A stretch of DNA of 64,000 bases from Geosiphon pyriformis uo1 (Eukaryota > Fungi > Glomeromycota), in NCBI GenBank assembly GCA_016748015.1, contig JAAOMT010000227.1, positions 1-64,000 of the forward strand, written 5' to 3'. Shown here piece after piece: positions 58,301-64,000 of the stretch (within the stretch, counting starts at the first letter, position 1; each line of letters opens with the position of its first letter). The notes beneath the pieces were generated by a model that had not been told where the DNA came from, made no database searches, and saw only the letters and a list, made by a program, of their open reading frames with translations. The translations under genes and the position numbers were made by a program.

Positions 58301-61300
58301 ATATAATTTGTAAGATAATAATTCATTTGGCAAGTGAAATATTCAAAAAAAATGGGTTAAGAACTTTAATGATGTCTTCATTAAAAATTTTTCGAGATTC
58401 CATAAACTGGAATTCTTGATTTTGAAAATTGTTAAGGCTTTTTGTAAGGAGAGTAATATCAGTTTTATTTTTTTTATGAGGTAATAGGTTTCTTTGAACA
58501 ATATTAAGGCCTTAATTGTTTAGGATTTTATGGACTCTGATGTGAGCTCTGATTGTGTTCTTTTTGCTCTTTTTTATGCAAGAAAATCTTACCATGCTTC
58601 CAAGCTTGCTGAGTTTCTAAGGGCTAATAAAGTGAACATCAGGTCAGCTATAGACAAAAAGATGGAAAGTTTTGAAATGAATAAAGATCATATTATTAAG
58701 AGTGTGCTGAAGCATTCTTTCTATAAAGTGGTGCTAGATTACTTAGTTGTCAATAATGAGTTGATTCTGGAGCCTGAAATAGTTAAGTCTAAAATAGATA
58801 CTATTATGGAGAATTGGACTAGGAAGTGCCAAGTGATGGCTATTGTTCCTAATAATTAGTATCATCAGTATCAACCTTTGGAGCATGTTTTTAATGGAGC
58901 TTTTTCTGGTGTGATGTGTTTAGTGGAATTTGATGAATTGTTTAGTGTGGTTTTTGACCTGTCTAATGGCAAAACTGTTGGTCTCTTGGATGTTTCAAAT
59001 GAGCTTTGGAAGTATTATGACAAGTCAGTCTTAAACATGCTTTTGGTGCTTTTGAACTCTTGTTTATCTAATAAATCAGTACTTGGGTCTTGAAAAAAGG
59101 CTTAAGTATTGATAATTCCCAAACCATATGAGTGAAAAAGTGTTTTTACAAATACTTGTCTCATTGCTTTGATTGAGACAGCTTGCAAAATTTTTTCTAA
59201 GATTTTTTCTAATAGAATTTCTTTGGCATACAGCATTTTTGATGTTCTTCATGGTAACAATTTTTTGGTTTTAAAGGGTACAACAACCCAATTTCCTATT
59301 TTTGCAATTGGGTCCATAGTTGAGGATGCTTTGGAGAAGAATCGAGAGCTATGGCTAGTTTTACAAAATATGCAGAAAGCATATGACTTAGTTGGATAAG
59401 AGCATCTTAAGAAGAGCTTAGTCAGAATTAAAATGTATGATAAATTTATTAGGTTTTTTGGTAGTATTCATAGGAATTGTACCAATTGGATTATAACTGA
59501 TTTTGGACTTACTATTGATTACTATGTGCATAATGGTTTGGACCAAGAAAAGATTTTCTTCTCTCTTTTGTAGTGTATATTTTATAATCCCTTGTTATAT
59601 AAAGTCAAGCATCAAGAGAATGTGTATAGGTATAGACTAAATTCTTATTTTATCACCAAAAATGGTTATGTTGAATCTAGAGCTGGTTTTTCTTCTTTTT
59701 TTGTTGCTAGTACTTTTGTTGATAATATGATTTGGGTTGGTAACAGTTGGAATACTACTCAATATATTTTCAATATTACCAGTAAATTTTTTTGGATTAA
59801 TAACATCTCTATTAATAATAACAAAACAGTGGCCATTTTTATCAATAGCAGAGTTAACAAACTTTCTCTTTACATTAGTGGAATGCTCATCTCTATTGCC
59901 AAAAAAGGGAAATTTTACAGATATCTGGGTATTTTTCTATTTACTAAGAGTCTTTCAAAGCCTAGCTTGGCTAAAGCACATTTAAACATTTGCTTTTTTA
60001 CCAATCTGGTTTTAAGGAAAGCTGTCTTTGATAAGCAGTTCTTGTATTTAGTATTAACTGTTTTATATTCTATTGTTAACTATAAGACACAGTTTAGCTT
60101 TGTTCTTGTTGGTGTGTACAACAAGTAGGATGCTCTGATTTGTAAAGACTTGAAGCTTAAGACTGGTCTATCTTTTGATTTTCTTGGTAATACAATTCAT
60201 CACTCTTTCTTTTATGGTTTGAAGTCTTTCATTCAAGTCCAGTCTGAGAGTAAAATGGCCTTCCTTATCAGTTTTGTGAACTTTAATGAGATTTTAGATT
60301 ACTTATTTTCTCACAGGTCTTATAACCTCTAAGTTCTGTATTGGCACCTTATTCATTCTTTGAGTTTTTCTGTTTGTATTCAAGTCAGTTTTTCAAACAA
60401 CTTTTTGGCAGACATGGTTTGTATTTTTTTTAAGTGCAAGCTGTTCCTGGATGGCTCTTTAGCCAATTCTTTTTTGTTTTCTGGTAGGGTGCTTATGTTT
60501 GCAGTTCTTGGTAAGTCAAAATTTTCCAAGTTTCTTCCTTCACTCCAAAGATATGGCATTGTCTTTGTGGATTAGTTTTGTGATCATCATGGTGCTGTGT
60601 TTAATTAATACACTTTTAAGCAGTGAAAGAAATTGGACCCTTGTGGTCTTATTTCTGATTAATTTAAATTGTCTGCTGTGTTTCTCAATGATGCATTGTC
60701 TTCTTCTTCTTGTCTCTCTGATTTGGATAGTGTTGGTCCTTTGAGCATTCTTAAATCTCATAATTTTGTGTTAGTTTGTGACCACCTTTTTAGAATTGTT
60801 ATTGGTAGTTTATCTGTATACATAGATGGGTCTCTAAAGAATCTGGACACAGTTACCAAAAGGGCTGGTGCTGCAGCTTTCTTTAAGGATATTGATTTGG
60901 GTTTGGGGTTAGTGTGTTGGATTTGATGTCATCTACTTTGGCAGAAATACAGACTATTGTATTAGCTCTGAAGTGTGTTCCCTCTTCTAGTTTTGTTTGT
61001 ATATTTTCAGATAGCCAATCTGTCTTAGATGTTTATAAGTCAAAATTAGGTCTGTTGGGTCCTGATTTTTGTAATCAGTGTTGGGTTAAGCATTGACATA
61101 TTGTAAACATCATTTGTGATAAGAATTTGAATATCAGCTGGCACAAAGTAAAAAGTCATTCTGGTGTCTTGGAGAATGAGCATACCAATGTGTTAGCTAG
61201 TACTGCTTTTTTTTCTGGTTGGTACTTTTTTTTTTGTTTGGATCAATACTTTATAGTGGCTGATAGCATTGTTGTTTTTGGCAATTTTAGATACTTTGTT

Positions 61301-62240
61301 TGTAATATTTATCATTCTATTTGTCATGCATATTAGAAGGTTGGTTCTGGTTCTAAGTTTTTGGCAGATAGTATGCTTTCAGATGTTAATTGGCTTAGTT
61401 TTTCTTTGGTATGGCATTCCAATTTGCACATGGCCACTGGTTTTACCAATAGGCCTTTGGCTAGTACACATGCTTATTTTATGAAAGCTTTGCATCATCA
61501 GCTGTCTGTGGCTGTTTGGAAACATCTTTATGATAGAAGTTACTCCAATGTGTTGTGTCTATATTGTGGTGGTGTGGAGATTTCGAATCATATTTTCTCT
61601 TGTGAAGTAAATGTTTTTGTTCATTGCTATATATTGGACTTCTATGTGGCTTCCTGGAGAGTGCTTTCCAGTCTCTCTTGTTCTTTTTCTAGTGTGCTAC
61701 AACTGTTGTTATCTTGTGCTTCTAATTCATCTGTGTCTACAGCTTTCTATAAAAATTTTGTTTTTAATGGTTGGCTTAATGAGGCTGTTTCCATCTTCTG
61801 CAATCCCAATGTTGCTAGTTTGGAAATTGTCAAATTTGTGTATTCTTTTGGTCTTGCTTTTAGAAATGACATCTAGTTGGTTCATGTTAAACATTATGTC
61901 TATATGGAAAAGAACAGACTAATTCCTTTAAATGATTCAGCTCTTATCTTAGTGTCTGGCCTGGCTTTGAAATTTTCTACTGGTGTGGTCAAATTGCTTG
62001 GCATTACTGAGACTTTCAGCATACATTTTGGTTTTCACAAATCTTGTGTATTTTTTTTGGGTGTTAGTAACTTAGTCTCTGTTTATATAACTGCATAGTG
62101 TTGTTCTGATTGGTCTAAGTGGTTGGTTATGTGTAGAAAATGCATAATTTATGCTTAGTTTAGATCATTTCTTTGATGTATAGTACTTGGTAATATTTAG
62201 ATTTCACTTGTAAAATAAAATAAAATAAAATAAAAAAAAG
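58301..62240 (+). mobile_element. Degenerate 5'-truncated LINE copy 2 (RT, RNase H, CxxC..H..C, (TAAAA)n tail)
   Basis: LVLQNMQKAYDLVG, STFVDNMIWVG, YRYLGIF, VYIDGSL, KVKSHSGVLENEHTN, LCLYCGGVEISNHIFSC; colinear with 700-4640. Confidence 0.92.
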
Positions 62241-62974
62241 TAAGGCTTTTTTATACTTTTAATTAAATACTTTAAAACTAAAAAGATAAATACAAATAAA
62301 ATAATAGTTTTTTTATTTTTATATTTTATTGTTTTAAGATCTAAATAATTAAATCTAAAAGTTTTTATTAAAAAATTTTATTTTAGATATTAATTTATTA
62401 ATAATTATTAAAAAAATATTTTTATAATAAATAATTTTAAAAGACTATTATTTTTTTAAAAATTTATATTTATCTTTAAAAATTTGCAAAAAATTATAAC
62501 ATTAATTAAAAATAAAAAAATCTAAATAAACAATAATCTTAAAAAACAAATTATATATTTAAATTAAATTATAATTTTCAAAAAAATTTTCATAAATATT
62601 TTTAAAAAAGTAATTATTTTGGTTTTTATTTAAATTTAATAAGATTATATTAATTTAATTACAACTAACTAAACTATAAAAAAAACTATAATAAAATTTG
62701 TTAAATTTAATTAGATTAATTTATTGACTTTAAAATAATTTTTTTAATTAATAAAAATTTTATATAAAAATTTCTATGTACTACTTTCTTTAAAATTCTG
62801 TTTTCTAATCTTAATTTGTAAGCTCTATTGTTTAAAACTTTGTATATATAGAAGAGTCTATCTTATTTTGGGTTAAACTTTCCACTTTATTGTTTCTTAG
62901 CTTTTATATAATATAATAGTACTTAATTTCCAATTTTGAATTTAATTGGTTAGTTAGATAAACAATTATTATGT

Positions 62975-64000
62975 TGTTATAAGTAATTATTTGAAGTGTT
63001 AAAACAAATAACAAATCTGTAACTTAGTACTCAATAGTTGTTAATAATAGTGATTTCTGAAAGTTTTTAAGTTTGAAAATTTTGATTGACTTTTTTATAT
63101 AATAGACAAAGATTTAATTAATGATTTTTTTCCATGAATTTTTTTCTTCAACATAGTAGCCAGTTTATTTTGGCAGTTGTGCTCTTCTGGTAAACTATTT
63201 TTAAGTTTTTTATTCTTATTTTTGGGTCTTTTATCAGACTATTTTTGATATTAAATATTTAGTGCTTAATTTCTTAATTAATTAATAAACAACAAAGAAA
63301 ATAAAATAAAAAAAACAAAAAAAAATGAGAAAATAAAAATAAAAAATTAATATTCTATTAATAATCATAATTAAGAGCTATTAATCTAGTGTAATTAAGT
63401 ATTGGTTTCTATTAATATAAAGAATTAATAATATAAAATTGATTAATATTTCTTAATTAAGTAATTATAACATAAATTTAGGTAATAATAAATATTTTTA
63501 TTAATATGAATATAATTTTACTTTAAGTAATAGAAAACTATTTTTTGAAGGAAGAGATATTAGATAATTAATTGTTTCTAATTGAATTGTTTATATTTCT
63601 TGTTTTTAACATTCTCATTATATATATATAATTTATGTTATACAAGATTCTTTAAAATCTTTCAATTTTTTTAAAAAAAATTCTAGAATTTTGGAATCTT
63701 GTAATTTTTCAAGAAAAATCCTAAAATTCTGGAATTTTAAAATCCTGCAATTTTTTAAAAATTCTGAAATTCCTCTTTTTATTATGCTTATTTCTGATTA
63801 GTTATTTTATCTATTTATTATAATTTCTAATTTTTTATGAGTAATATTATTCTTTTATTTTAATATTGAGCTTTGTTAAGATCTTCTAAATCTTTTTTTT
63901 GGATTAGTCTTATAACTTTTTTTTCAATAATTGTTTTTGTAATTCTGGTTTGCAATTCTTCAAATTGAATATTGTTTAATTTTTTCAATTGATTAATAGT
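62975..64000 (-). mobile_element. 3' end of degenerate Gypsy element G (C/F-related): 3' LTR 62975-63846, PPT, ORF3 C-terminus running off the window
   Basis: 62975-63120 matches the reverse complement of the C LTR end; 64000-63860 translates TINQLKKLNNIQFEELQTRITKTII, matching the ORF3 C-terminal motif. Confidence 0.75.

Noticed and set aside
481-62240. Alternative genetic code or stop-codon readthrough to explain the many in-frame stops
   Set aside because: Stops fall at different positions in homologous copies and derive from CAA/CGA/TGG by transitions; the intact gene uses the standard code without them.

Overview
Eukaryotic left chromosome end, most likely from an AT-rich early-diverging fungus (Glomeromycotina-like; this is an inference from the protein families). 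A short canonical (CCCTAA)n cap sits on a ~390-bp block of variant (CCCTAT)n repeats, joined directly to a 5'-truncated LINE. The rest is mostly a nested graveyard of C>T/G>A-hypermutated transposons: three LINE copies or relics (APE-RT-RNase H), four two-LTR Ty3/Gypsy elements (A, C, D, E) plus relics (B, F, D', G), and a pogo/Tigger DNA transposon carrying captured fragments. Only one gene looks intact: a CpG-retaining, spliced Crinkler-type gene (coiled-coil header, micro-exons, NTPase, REase) at 47.1-49.8 kb. The most striking signal is the architecture shared by the diverged Gypsy families. A single Gag-PR-(Cys-rich)-(dUTPase)-RT-RNase H frame stops right after RNase H. A separate integrase ORF follows with its own start codon behind an A/C-rich spacer, and a third conserved unknown ORF lies before the 3' LTR. 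The elements have TGTTA..TAACA-type ends and 4-bp TSDs, and in A, C and D gag appears to start at a GUG.
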